A stretch of 63,569 nucleotides of DNA, the filler included, from Chiloscyllium plagiosum (Eukaryota), in assembly GCF_004010195.1 (NCBI RefSeq). It is 4 parts of 2 records of this genome, joined end to end, with 100 filler letters (N's around TTAATTAATTAA, not from the genome) between each part and the next. Parts side by side here need not be neighbours in the genome. Positions count along the whole stretch, not along the records: positions 17,512 to 40,886 come from NC_057711.1; positions 40,987 to 61,542 come from NC_057711.1; 2 more parts are not named here. One strand, given 5' to 3'. Within the stretch, counting starts at the first letter, position 1, and each line of letters starts with the position of its first letter. The notes under the pieces were generated by a model. It was not told where the DNA came from and did not search any database. It saw only the letters and a list, made by a program, of their open reading frames with translations. Of this stretch, positions 37,941 to 51,094 are shown piece after piece. Made by a program: the position numbers and the translations under genes.

Positions 37941-40821
37941 CAAAACCCGATTACAAGGAAAGGAAATGGTGAATCAAAGGATGAAGAGGAAGACTTGCAT
38001 TTGGACTGAAATTATGACCTTTCATTTTTCTTGAAAATAATTATATAAAGATGATGAACTAACAGATAGTGAACTCAGTTTAAAAGATTAGTGATATTTT
38101 TTATATCTGGAAACTAAGCAATATTAAAGGTTCATTTTGGAGCAAGAAGGCTTTGTGCATTTCAATATTTCCAACTTAATTGGTTTGAAATAGTCACTCT
38201 TTGGTGGGTCAGTACAGACCCGATGGGCCAAATAGCCTCTTTCTGCACTTAGGGATCCTATGATTCTATGCTCCGTTCTCTAGTGTGCAACTTAAACTCT
38301 CAACCTTCTGGTTCAAGGGGTGACAGAACTGAGCTGAGACAATCACTAAGATAATGGAATGAAACTCTGGGATTTTAAAAGTGGATAGGGTGCACAGATA
38401 ACCAACTCCACCAGGTAGTGATGGGTGAAGTGACCCACATCTTCTCCTGTTAAACTGCCAACTCTTTAGAATTTAAAGTGCCTATAAGTCCTGGGGAATT
38501 GTGATTGAGATTAATTCTTTGAATCTGGTATGGCTGTGTGGCATTTACAGAAAGCAATGTTTTGGAAATTAAGCTCAGAGCTATTGTTTTGTTCTAATGC
38601 ACAGCATTAGGTCTCTGGAATTGGGTGGCTGTAAACTGCGAGTCAGCATGGCTGGTATTTGGAGTTTGTTGACTCCACGTGTGAAGGGGGAATGTGCTGG
38701 CTTCTCTGAATACCTCATTCCCATATCTACTCATGTCTAAGGTTTTGCCAACAGCAATTTCTAAACTAGTGTCATGTTATCATCTTTTTGCGAGGACTTG
38801 CTACTTTACTGAATGTGATATGTGTTTAAAAACTTTAAGAAAAGTGACATTGCTTCACACTCATGGAACCATGAGAGAAGAAAATCCTCAGAGTTTGAGA
38901 ATGGGTAGAACTGTGGCACGACTGTTGTGATGAAAGATTGGAGGAGACCAGAAAGCTTGGGTTTGATTATCATAAAGGTTAATTAGCAGGTTATCTTGTC
39001 ATTAGTTGGTTGAACTAACCTGCATTAAAGGGTCTCCAATGGAGCTTTGCAAAGTCCAGGAAGTTTACGTTGTATTAGCGTTGTGATACAACTTTGTGGG
39101 GAGGAGTTCAAGCACGCTGTTGTTTAATGCCTGCCAAAAGAGTCACTGATGTGACCTCTCAACCCTTTAGTCAATAAACATTCCTGGTATGAATACAGTA
39201 TCCTGTCTCAGTCCTGTCAGGCAAAAACGCACCATGTGACCTGACCTCCTGGTTCTGTTGCTTCTGGTAGATTTCCCCTAACTCCATTTAGTTACATCCT
39301 GGTAGTTCCGAGGAAACTATAGGAGTGTGAAGCAGTGTCACTTAGCAAGGTTACAAGATGGATTAACATGCTCACTGTGTAGAGTCTTGTGAACCAGGCA
39401 CAAATACCACCATGGCAATTCACGTGTCCGGTTGCACAGCTTGATGTTTTGTCAAATGGATGAGCCCATAATGAGGCAGTGAAATTGATGATAGCCACTA
39501 ACCGATGAGATGAAGAGTTCAGGAGGAATTTCTTCATAAGAACATATTAAATAGGAGCAGAGTACGCCATATGGCCTCTTGGATTTGCTCTGCCATTCAG
39601 TAAGATCAAGGATAATCCTCAACCTTAGCCCCACTTCTTCAAATAAGTAATAATCATTCATGGGTCTCTGCCAGCATTTATCATTCATCCCTATCTTCCC
39701 TAGAGATGGTGAATTGTTTGCTTGAACCATTGCAGTCCTATGGTTGTAGGTACGTCCATGTTGCTGTTATTTAGGAATCTACCGCCTCATTGAATATACA
39801 CAAAGGTGGGATTCCGCAGCCCTCTGTGGTAGAAAGTTCCAAAGATTCATGGCCCTTTTAAGTGGACAACTTCCCCTCATCTCAATCCTACCTGGCCAAC
39901 TTCTTACTTGTGACTGTATCACTGAGTCTGGAGTCTCCACCAGGGGAATAGCCTCTCTGTATGGATGCAATTAAGTGTCGAATTCTTCTAAATTCTGGAG
40001 AATGTACACCCATTCAATTCTGTTTCACCAAAAAATAACCGCTTCATCGCAGTAATCACTCTATTGAGTGCTCCTTATACTACTCGGAAGTGTATTCTTT
40101 GGCACAGAGAACAAAACTGTATACTGTATTGTGGCCTCATTAAACCCCAGTACAATTACAGAAATACTTTTCCCTCATACTTTAAACCCCCTTGTTTAAA
40201 GGCCAACATATTCCTCCTGGTTTACTGCCCCCGCAAGTTAATCTTCTGTATGTCTGGTAAAGGACACTCAGATCAACCTCAACACCAACATTTAATCTGC
40301 TTTTTTATTCTTTGTCTCAAAATTAATAATTCATAACTTCCACATTGTACTCCAATGTTTTGCTCACTTAACCTCTTTACAGTGGCTTTATATCCTCCAC
40401 ACAGCCTATTGCCCATCTCTTTTTGTATCATTGACAAACTTGAAAGCAGTGCTTTTTTTATCCAAGTCATCAATACAGATTATAAATGATTGAGGCCTGA
40501 GCATTAATATGTGTACCCACTAATAACAGCCTGCCAACATGAAAATAACCAATTTATTACTGACCTCAGTTTGTCCTTTAACCAATCATTTATCTTTTAA
40601 TATATTATTCCCAACTCCAGAAGCCTGTCCTTATCTTGTGTATCAACCTTTCCTGTGACACTTTATCAGAAATCCAGATATCCTTCATCCAAATACTCCT
40701 CTTTATCTACTCTGCCAGTTATCTCTGTACAAAATGTGGAGGTGATCTGTCAAACGCAATCTCCCTTTTATAAAACCACATTGGCTGTGCCTAATTATAT
40801 AATAATTTTGAAGTGTCATTT

Positions 40822-40845
40822 TCTCTCTTTCTTTCTTTCTTTCTT

Positions 40846-40886
<41 letters not shown>
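40822..40886. repeat. (CTTT)n(CT)n microsatellite running into a gap
   Basis: Directly visible. Confidence 0.97.
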
Positions 40887-40986
40887 NNNNNNNNNNNNNN
40901 NNNNNNNNNNNNNNNNNNNNNNNNNNNNNNTTAATTAATTAANNNNNNNNNNNNNNNNNNNNNNNNNNNNNNNNNNNNNNNNNNNN
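40887..40986. other. Assembly gap with artificial linker
   Basis: 44 N + TTAATTAATTAA + 44 N. Confidence 0.98.
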
Positions 40987-41437
40987 GGGTCGTGGAGTCC
41001 AGAACTAGAGGGCATAGGTTTAGGGTGAGAGGGGAAAGATATAAAAGAGACCTAAGGGGCAATTTTTTTCACGCAGAGGGTGGTACGTGTATGGAATGAG
41101 CTGCCAGAGGATGTGGTAGAGGCTGGTACAATTGCAACATTTAAGAGGCATTTGGATGGGTATATGAATAAGAAGGGTTTGGAGGGATATGGGCTGGGTG
41201 CTGGCAGGTAGGACTAGATTGGGTTGGAATATCTGGTCAGCATGGATGGGTTGGACCAAAGGGTCTGTTTCCATGCTGTACATCTCCATGATTCTATGAC
41301 TCTACGAATAGGAAGGGTTTAGAGGCATGAGCCAAATGCTGGCAAATAAGACAAGATTAGGATCGGATATCTGCTTGGCATGGAGAAGCTGGACTGAAGG
41401 GTCTATTTCCATGTTCTACAACTCTGACGCTATGACT
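40987..41437 (+). mobile_element. CR1/HER1 LINE 3' end followed by a second tail copy
   Basis: ESRTRGHRFRVRGERYKRDLRG..WNELPEDVVEAG; tail ends about 41303 and is repeated at 41306-41437. Confidence 0.9.
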
Positions 41438-43023
41438 CCAAATGAGACCACCACACAGAATTCAAGGTGTCTCGACATTGACTTGTATAACTGAATCATA
41501 AGATCCATGCTTTACTGCTCATAATAAAGGTTACCATTCCATTAGTCTTAATCACTTGCAGTAATTGCTTACTTTTGTGACTAATGTTTTGTGACTTGTG
41601 CAGTCGAACATCATGATTCATTTACACCTTGGAGTTCTGCCGTTATTCTCTGTTTAAATAATAATCTACTTTTTAAAAAAGGTCTTCTTGCCATAGTCAA
41701 CAGCTCAACATTTTTCCACATTGTGCTCCATTTAATAGACAGTTCCTCACTCACATAATCTGTCTGTATCAGTCTGCATTCTTTTTATGTCATCCTTGCA
41801 ACATATTTTCCTAACTCTTTTTTGACATTTTCCAACGTACCCACAATTGCTTTGTTACCCTTGCATCAATTTTTCATCATTTGTATTCAATTATTTAAGA
41901 TCCAGCCCCCTATACAAGCCCAGTAGTCACATCACGCCAATTTCAAAAAGAGCCATTTATGCATTTCCCCTGTTTTCTGCCAGCCTATGGAACTTCTTAC
42001 CATGAACCTAAGTTTCTCCTACTTTTTTTTTGTTTCTATTTTGTTTTTCTTTAGTTTTTGATTTGTTTTAAATATTCTGCTCACAATTTGACTTTTTCAG
42101 CTGGCTTGTTGGAACTTAAGGTAATATTGTGGATTCACTTACTAAAATTCCAATCTCGCTTCTTAAGCTTTTATCTTCGAGACAAAGGAGCCTAAGTCTC
42201 GACCTGTCCTCTATAAATCAGCGCCTTATACTTGGGAAGACTCTGTTGCTCATCTTTGCACTCTCTCCTTTTGAAGATTTATGCACATTTATGTAGCACA
42301 TTTAATTATATTTAAAAAATCCTACGAAGCTTCATAGGAGAAAAATCAGACGAGGAGTGATGATGAGTGAAAGAAAGAACTTGGTCGATAAGTTAAGGAG
42401 CTTAAAAACCATGAATGACGCAAAGAGATACTGACCTTTTGTGGGAATGGTTAGGGAATGGATGGCTGAAGGTAAAGCAACCAGTGAAACAGTCAGGGAT
42501 GTACTAATGGTTAAGATTATAAAGAATTGCAGGTTAAATGATGGCAAGGCTGGAGACAATTACACTTTACAGAGAGATTTTGAAATGGAGCAATTTGAGC
42601 ATAAGAAACAATGATCGATCAGATTTCAAAGTAGGTCAGGAAACATTGAGCTGATGGGAGGTGATAGGAACTTAGAATGAGGTCAGACATGAGCCCAAAG
42701 CATTGGATGATTTCAATTTTTATAGAGGATAGAAGCTTTGCAGCTAACCAAAATAAGTTGGCTCTGACTTAACAAAGGTATGGCTAAGAATTCCACTGGG
42801 GGTGGGGGGAAGCAGAGAGGAAATGGCTCAGAGAAGAATGAAGCTCTTCTAACGCCAACATTTAAAGGACCTTTATAATTTTAATATGATCAGTGATAAT
42901 AAGACGTCATATCGAGCAAACCATTGCAAACATTTAGCAAACTCTGTAAGCTAGTTGTCATAAAGATTGCTTCCAATACTTCAATGATAAAAACAAAACA
43001 TTGATCTAGGCAAATAAAAAAAC

Positions 43024-45220
43024 GCTAGGTGAAAATGAGACCTGCAGATGCTGGAGATCAGAGTTGACAAGTGTGGCATTGGAAAAGCACAGCTGGTTAG
43101 GCAACATCCGAGGAGCAGGGGAATTGACGTTTTGTGCTTAAGCCGTTCATCAAGAATGTTGGATGGGATGCTGAGAGATAAATATGTGGGTGGGGGAAGT
43201 TAGCTAGGAAGGCGATAGGTAGATGCAGTTAGGGGGTGATAGTGATAGGTTGGAGGGGAAGGTGGAAAGGAAGATGGATAGGTAGAACAGTTCAAGAGGG
43301 CAGTGCTGAGTTGGAGGGTTGGGTATGGGATGAGGTGGGGTGAGGGGAGATGAGGAAACTGGTGAAATCAATATTGATGCCATGTGGGGTCTCAAGGCGA
43401 AAGATGAGGTGTTCTTTCTCCAATCGTCGGGTGGCTTGGATTTGGCGGTGGAGGAGGCCCAGGACTTCCATGTCTTTGGCGGAGTGGGAGGGAGAGTTGA
43501 AGTGTTCGGCCTGAAGGTGGTGGGATTGTTTGGTGCGTGTGTCCCAGAGATGTTCCCTGAAACATTCCGCAAGATGGCGTCCTGTCTCCCCAATGTAGAG
43601 ACTATCACATCAAGGTCAACAGCCATAGTAGATGAGGTGTTTGGATGTGCAGGAAAGTCTCTGCTAGAAGTGAAAAGATCCTTGGGCAGAGGTGAGTGGG
43701 GAGGTGTGTGCGCAGGTTTCGCACCTCTTGCGGCAGCAGGGAAGGTGCTGGGTGTGGATGGTGGGTTGGTTGGGAGGGTGTGGACCTAATGAGGGAGTCA
43801 TGGAGGGAATGATCTCTGCAGAATGTAGATAGGGGTGGGAAGGGAAATATGTCTCTGGTGATGGGGTCTGACTGTATGTGGCAGAGATGGTGGAGGATGA
43901 TGCATTGTATTTGGAGATTGGTGGAGTGGAAGGTAAGGTCCAGAGAGCTTCTATCCTTGTTGTGGTTGGAGGGGTGGGTTCGAGTATGGAGGTGCGGGAA
44001 GTGGAGGAGATATGCTAGAGGGCATTGTTGATCATGTGTAAGGGGATATTGAGGTCCTTGGAAAAAGGAGGCCATCTGGGATGTACTGTAGTAAATTGCT
44101 CCTCCTAGGAATAGATATGGCGGACGCAGAGGAATTGGGATAAGGGATAGTGTTTTTACAGGAGGAGGGGGTGGGAGGAGGTGTAGTCCAGGTAGCTGTA
44201 GGAGTCGGTGGGTTTGAAATAGATGCCCATGTTGAGTCAGTTGTTGGAGGTGGAGACTGAGAGGTCCAGCAAGGGGAGTGAGGTGTCTGAGGTGGTCCAG
44301 GTGAGCTTAAGGTCAGGGTGGAAGGTGTTAGTGAAGTTGATGAACTGTTTAACCTCCTCATGCGAGCAGAAGGTGGTGTCGATACAGTCATCAATGTAAT
44401 GGAGGAAATGGTGGGGAATGGTGCTGGTATAACTGCAGAAGATGGACTGTTCCACATATCCTACAAAAGGCAGGCATAGCTGGGCCCCATGCGGGTGCCC
44501 ATGGCTCCCCTTTTGGTCTGAACAAAGTAGGAGGATTCAAGGGAGAAATTGTTGAGGATGAGGACCAGTTCGGCAAATCAATTGAGTGTGTCGGTGGAGG
44601 GGTAGTGGTTGATCGGCTGGAAAGGAAGAAACTGAGGGCCTAGAATTCTTTGCTATGGTGGATGGATGTGTACAGGGACTAAATGTCCTTGGTAAAGATG
44701 AGGCCTTGGAGGCCAGGGAAGCAGAGGACATGGGTAGTGTCCTAAATGTGTGTGGGTGTCCAGGACAAAGGGGTGTCCAGATATAAGAAAATAAATTCGG
44801 TGGGGCAAGTGCAGGTGGAGATGATAGGTCGACCGGTGCAGTCCGGTTTGTGGATATGGGGTAAGAGGTAGAACCGGGCGGTGCGGGGTTCTGGGACTTT
44901 GAGGTTGGAGGGTGTGGGTCGGAGATCCCCTGAGGTGATGAGGTTGTGGACGCACTGGGAGATGATGGTTTGGTGATGAAAGGTGAGGTCATGGTTGAGG
45001 GGGCAGTAGGAGGAGATGTCCGTAAGTTGGCGCCTGGCTTCAGCTGTGTAGAGGTCAGTGTACCAAACTACCACTGCCACCCCTGCACCCCTCCTCCATC
45101 CGCTGGTTTAATGGCGAGGTTGGGGTTGGAGTAGAGGGCTGCACTTCATGAAGGTGAGAGGTTGGACTGGGCGAGGGAGTGAACAGGTTGAGGTGGTCAA
45201 TGTCACGGCAGCAGTTGGAG
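43024..45220 (-). mobile_element. Penelope-like element (family B), 5'-truncated, inactivated
   Basis: IKPADGG..VVVWYTDLY, PEPRTARFYLLPHIHKPDCTGRPIIS, FLHYIDDCI, LDLSVS and LYIGET (GIY-YIG, about 43585-43601). pLTR at 43027-43155 with degenerate hammerhead. Perfect 10-bp TSD ATAAAAAAAC (43014-43023 / 45221-45230). Confidence 0.93.
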
Positions 45221-45482
45221 ATAAAAAAACATATGCAGCAGCAAGCATGACAAATGTAACTAATCATATCAAATGATTCACATTTATTTTCAATAGTTCC
45301 AATCAGGAGCCTCAAAACCAGTCAATCAAATTGTTCAAAAAACACTTTTGATAGTAATTTCATTGATCCTACTTATTACCTCACTCAATTTAATATTTGG
45401 CTTATGTGGCATCAATGAATGTATAAGACATTGACATTTTTTGAATGAAAATTACATGTGAAAAGCCATTAGAAATCTCTGT

Positions 45483-46562
45483 CACATGGATTCAGAACTG
45501 GCTCAAAGGTAGGAGACAGAGGGTGGTAGTGGAGGATTGATTTTCAGACTGGACGCTGATGATCAGCAATGTGATACAGGGATTGGTGGTGGGTCCAACT
45601 GCTTTTTGTTATTTATAGAAATGATTTGCATGTGAATACAGGAGGTATGGTTAGTAAGTTTGCAGATTACACCAAAATTGATGGGGTGCAGTGCACAACG
45701 AGGAAGGTTGGCTCAAAGTACAAGGAGAACTTGATCAGATGCGCCTATGGACCAAGGAGTGGCAGTTTGAATTTAATCTAGATAAACTTGAGGTTACATT
45801 TTGGTAGGGCAAATCAGTGCAGAACCTGAACATTTAATGGTAATACCCTGGAGAGTGTGCTGTACAAATGGATCTTGGAATGCAAATTCATATTTCCTTG
45901 GAAGTGGAGTTGCAGGTAGACAGGATGGTAAAGAGGCATTTGGTACACCTGCCTTTATTGGTCAGTGCATTGCCTATAGCAGTTGGGATGTCATGTTGTG
46001 GCTGTGCAGGACATTGGTTAGATTATTTTTGGAATACTGTGTTCAATTCTGGTCTCCTTGCTTTAGGAACTTGAAAGGGTTCAGCAAGGATTTACAAGGA
46101 TGTTGCCAGAGTAGAAGGGTTTGAGCTATAGAGAGAGGCTGAACAGGCTGGGGCTGTTTTCCCCGGAGTGTCGGAGGCTAAGGGGTGGCCTGATAGAGGT
46201 TTAGAAAATCATGAGGGGCTTGTATAGGATAAATAGGCAAGGACTTTTCCCCAGTGTATGGGAGTCCAAAACTGGAGAGCATAGGTTTAAGGTGAGAGGG
46301 GAAAGATTTTAAAAGGGATCTAAGAGGCAACATTTTCATGCAGAGGATGTTGCATGTATGGAACGAGCTGCCAGAGGAGGTGGTGTTGGTGGGTACAATT
46401 ACAACATTTAAAAGGCATCTGGATGGGTATATGAATAGGAAGGTTTAGAGGGATATGGGCCAAAGCCTGGCAAATGGGATTAGATTAATTTAGGATATCT
46501 GGTCAGCATGGATGAGTTGGACTGAAGGGTTTGCTTCGTGCTGTACATCTCTATGACTCTAA
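45483..46562 (+). mobile_element. CR1/HER1 LINE RT C-terminal half and tail
   Basis: WIQNWLKGRRQRVVV, VSKFADYTKI, LEYCVQFWSP, WNELPEEVV; frameshifted. Confidence 0.93.
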
Positions 46563-47417
46563 GTTTTGCAGCTTTTTTTCCTTTCCTATCCGACATATAT
46601 ATATATGTCAGCCGTTGGATATTCTGAGCACTGCAGTAAAATGAGGACAGCCTCTAACAGAAAGTAACTGGCTTCATAATAGTCCTGTTGGCCAGGACCA
46701 GCTTCTACCTTCACAATCCCCAGGCCAGTGGCTGCTCTCTGCAATGATGAAGAGTTTGGCTCTGCCTTTCTATTCATTTTTTGAGGAGTGAACTGGACAA
46801 CTGTAAATGTCCAAGAACAATGGTGCTCTGATCAGTTAATTCATGAGATTCGTTTTGCCAATTATACAAAAATGTGTATTCTTTATATGTTTCCTTTTAC
46901 TCACTGTTTGGAGTAGAAGGATGGAGGGGCCTATATCTTTGAGGAAGTATAATCAGAAACTGGCATTATGAGCATAATCCAATCAAAACAAAAAATTATT
47001 TAAATTTAACAAGTATAGTGTAAATGGGCAATATGTTGACTTGATAAATTATAAAATATTGATAGCAGAATAGGGCATTTAAGATTAACCTCTATCATGC
47101 TTACATTACCAAATTGATTATTAACTGACTTCCAGTCTCATTAATGAATAATCTTTTATAAGCTGACCATTTGTGTCTGATCATCCATGTGCAATGTTTT
47201 GTGTGTAGCTAAGTTAAAGGAATTGCCTTCAGACAAAATTATTATGAAAAGTGATTACAGTGCGTGAAAGCGTCTCACAAAGGAAAAGTGGAATTGCTTC
47301 AGAACTAGTCTGGGAATGAAAAAAAACATCAAAAGCTGGGTGAGGGATAATGAGCTACAAAAGGGAGTGGAGCTCTTAAAACAATCAAATCAGGAAGGAC
47401 ACACAGTGTAAACTTAC

Positions 47418-47882
47418 AGGAGGTTCAGCTGGTAAATCCAAATTAACATTAGGGCGAAGCTGGCGCATTGAATTTGCATTGTTGGAGACTGAAACTGGTG
47501 TTACTACCATGGCAGCGATAGCATCAAGAGAATGGATTTGATTTGCAATTGACATGGATTCTTGTGCAAAATCTTGTGAAGCTTTTCTTGAGTTCATAAA
47601 GAGGACATAGAGCTGCTCTTTCTTATACTCTTGAGGTATCTGAATTCCTAGAACTGTTAATTCTGCCTTCAGCTTCGCAGTAGACCAATTCCTGGGCTCA
47701 GATAATTCTCTATTGGTACATGTTTGTGCAGAGGGTCGAGAATACGGATGCACACCATGTGGTGTGGAATGAGGTAAATTAGACTCCTGTTCCTCCTCAT
47801 GTGATGGTGCCTCGGATGTTAGAGTAGAAGCTGGAGAAGATAATGGACCTTTGCTGCCTTTGCGTCCTTTGCGAGTCTTCAT
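47418..47882 (-). CDS. Putative first coding exon (155 codons) of an unknown gene with a HeH/LEM-like motif
   Basis: Uninterrupted ORF. Acceptor TTCATTCATTCTCTGCAG|CCATG (exon starts 47884) and phase-0 donor CCT|GTAAGT (47417-47412). Contains PRNWSTAKLKAELTVLGIQIPQEYKKEQLYVLFMN and a basic N-terminus KTRKGRK. Confidence 0.7.
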
Positions 47883-50369
47883 GGCTGCAGAGAATGAATG
47901 AATCCGTCAAATAAATCAAAGCTTTGGCATTAGAAAACATAAAATGGGAATAAAGTAACAGCAGAATAATGTGGACCTTTGAAATACAGTGGGAAATCTA
48001 CTGCGACTGACAAGTCACTCAGTGTTAGGGCAGAAATGGGAGATAATTTAAATCATGGTAAGTATGTAATAATGATGACTTGATTTAATGACATCGGATG
48101 ATATCATAAGAATGGTGTCTCAAGGCTTCAATTCCAGGGCTGTCACAAATACACAGTCATACAACATCATAATGTCTTTGACCTCTGACCCTCAGGCTTC
48201 ATTCTCCTTGCAGTCAATTGAAGAAATCAGGTGCTAGATGCAGCTTGGTGGTGGCCAGAAAATTGTGGGCCCAAATCCCAGTCCACACACTTGAGAGCAG
48301 AAAGTCTAAATTGGCACTTCATTTTAGTACTGAAAGGCTGCTAAAACATTCATGAGTTTAAATATTTTTAGGGTCAAAGTACACACGTACCAGACAAAAG
48401 AAATTTCCAGAAGGTCTGTACAGTTTATCCCAACAACAGGTGAAGTTTACTTTAATCATGGCTGTCTCCTGACTAGCACCACGTATGGCTTTTGAGCAGG
48501 AAAGCAGGAGATGACCATATTCAGGCATCATATTGCTAATTTTTTTGAAACCAATTTACATCTCCCTATGGAGCTGATATGAGTTCTGCCTATAACTCTT
48601 CAAGGAACAGTAAGTAGGTGAGATTAACCAGTATTTGATATCCCAGTTATTAAGCACAAATGAGTTTGTAGCAACACAAGAAAATGCTTATGTCATTTCA
48701 AAAGTGATGTACCAAAGTCCCCAGATACGTCTCCATGTCAGTAATTTGCATAAAGTTACAAGGACTGGTTTGGATGATGGCAAATTGCAGGTAGGTGTGT
48801 TTGGTACTGTATTGGCATCATCCCAGAAATGCTGACCAAACTAATTCTGATCTGTTCTAATTTATGCTGTACATAGTTCATTTTCCTATTAAAATTGCTT
48901 TTTATCCACTTTACATCATTCTTAATTCACCTGTTAAGCTAGCCCAGATCGTTTGAATGTTTAACCTCTTTTTCTTTATATATACTAGTAACTTGGCCAC
49001 ATCCACTCTGCTCTATCAACTGACGTGAGATCATTACTTTAGTTATAAATGTAAAAGCCATTTGTCATCTTTCAAGCTAGCCATTTAGTTGATGCACAAT
49101 GATGGCCTAGTTAGAACTATCATGGCACAAAGTATGTTCTGGGATGTTGACTCAATTCCTTACTCAGAATTCTATGGAGCCTTTGGGAACAAGCTGGGAG
49201 ATGAAAGGTGGGCAAAATGGTACAGGCTGGCATCAGGTGCCTTGCCAATTATTGTCTTTTCTCATGCCATTTTACCAGTAAAAAGAAAAGATGACACATG
49301 GCCAGTCTGTTCAGAGCCCAGGTGAGCCACTTAAGTAGCCAATTAACAGCCTCTTATCATCTGCAGTATTTGACCAATGGAAGGAGGGCATGTTGCTACA
49401 TGGGAAATCTGTCAGGTAAATTTTATCAACCTTCCAATGCACTTGAGTGGACAGGTTGGGTATTGGGCAATCATTCTGGTCATTTTTCTTGGTCCAATGT
49501 GGGGCATCCCAGCTGCTCTCTAGGATGTAAAAGATCCCATGGCACTATTTCAAAGAACAGCACGGTAGATACATCTAGAACAGATACAGTAAACACTGGA
49601 GAAACCTCCATAGGTCTGTCAGTATCTGTATAGGTAATTAACATTTCAACTCCAAGGTAACTCTCCTTCAAAATGCAAGTTGCATTAGAGTCATGTCAGA
49701 CTCAAAACATAAACTGTTTCTCTCTTTGCAGGTGTTGCCAGGCATCCTTTGTTTCTCCAGCATCTGCGATATTATTTAAGATGTCCCAGTATCCAAGTCA
49801 AAATTTATCCCTAAATCAACATCTAACAAAGAAATAAACTATCTGGTAGTAATTACGTTGTCATTTATGGGAATTTGCAAAATGGTTTTTGTTTTCTATC
49901 TTACAAAAGCAACTATACTTCCAAAATTGTATTTGGCTATAAAGTACTTGAGATGTCTTCTGGCCTGTCAAGCACTATGTAAATGCAAGTCTTTCTTATG
50001 ATGATGAGCATAATTATATTTATGAAAAGTTCTGAGCCAAGCTAAAGTAGTTGAATGTAACCTACTTCATTCTTTGGATGAGGAGTGTCGCTGACAAAGG
50101 TGATATTCGTTGCCCTGAGAAGGTGATAGTGATGGTCCTTCTTCAACCATTGCAGTTCATTTGGTATTTTTCATTTGCAGCTCTAGACTTACCAGACCAG
50201 ACTGCAGTCACGTGTAGGCCAGATCAAGAAAGGATGATGGGACCACAGTGAACCAATTTAACTAGAATCAATGCTGACTCGTGCTGTTTTGTCTATTTCC
50301 AGAGTTTTAAACTGAATTCAAATTCTCCATCTGTCACAATGAGGATTTGGGTAAGTTGTTCCAGTATCT

Positions 50370-50575
50370 CATGGCTAAGAGTTATTGCAACGTGTCATTG
50401 TGCCCTCCAGCTGAATGCAATGCAGTCTCCATGGCATTTAAACCACAGTGATCAAAACAATGTTTTAAACCAAGGTTTAATGAAGCACTTCCCATTGGGT
50501 AAACTAATAAACACATCTTTCAGGCCACGAAGTTCGAGCAAAGCTTTTAGCTGATGATTAGAAGCTGTTAAACAC
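50370..50575 (+). repeat. Copy 1 of an old ~200-bp direct duplication
   Basis: Colinear with 56376-56575 (shared blocks GTTATTGCAAC, CCACAGT.ATCAAAACA, TTTAAACCA, CAAAGCTTTT.G, ATGATTAGAAGC.GTTAA). Confidence 0.8.
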
Positions 50576-51094
50576 AAAGTGTTCGACCTTGCTCGTCTCC
50601 AAGCCTTCAGAAGCTAAAGTAATAATTCTCGCGAGCAAAATTACTGCAGATGCTGCAGCTCCAAATAAAAACAGAAAATGTTGGAAAATCATAGCAGCTT
50701 AGGCAGAGTCTGTGGTGAATTAAACAAGAGTCGATGGCTTCAATTTTCTGGGTTGGAATTCTAATTTCTGGAATAGAGTCAGGTCAGGGAGAAGAAACAG
50801 TCAAGGTGAAATTAGCAAAGAGGTAGTTATACAGTTACTCTGGAGCTGGAACTGATTTTTATTCATGTGACTTTTCATTTATACTTTGATTAAGTCAGAG
50901 ACAGAAAGGTTCTTAAGAAGCCAGGGTTAAAAGATTACCAAAGAAAGGCAGGAATGTGGATTTGTAGCTGTGATCAGGACAGCCTTGATCTTATTGATTG
51001 GCAGAGCACATTTGAAGAGCTGAATGAGCTACTTTTGCTCCTGATTTGTATGTATGTCTTCTGATTTAATCAGTGGTCAAGAAGAGGTGGCAGC

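Noticed and set aside
42137..42280. Minus-strand exon with GTAAGT donor
   Set aside because: Sequence is a decayed CR1 RT tail (ERVQR*ATE.. pattern).
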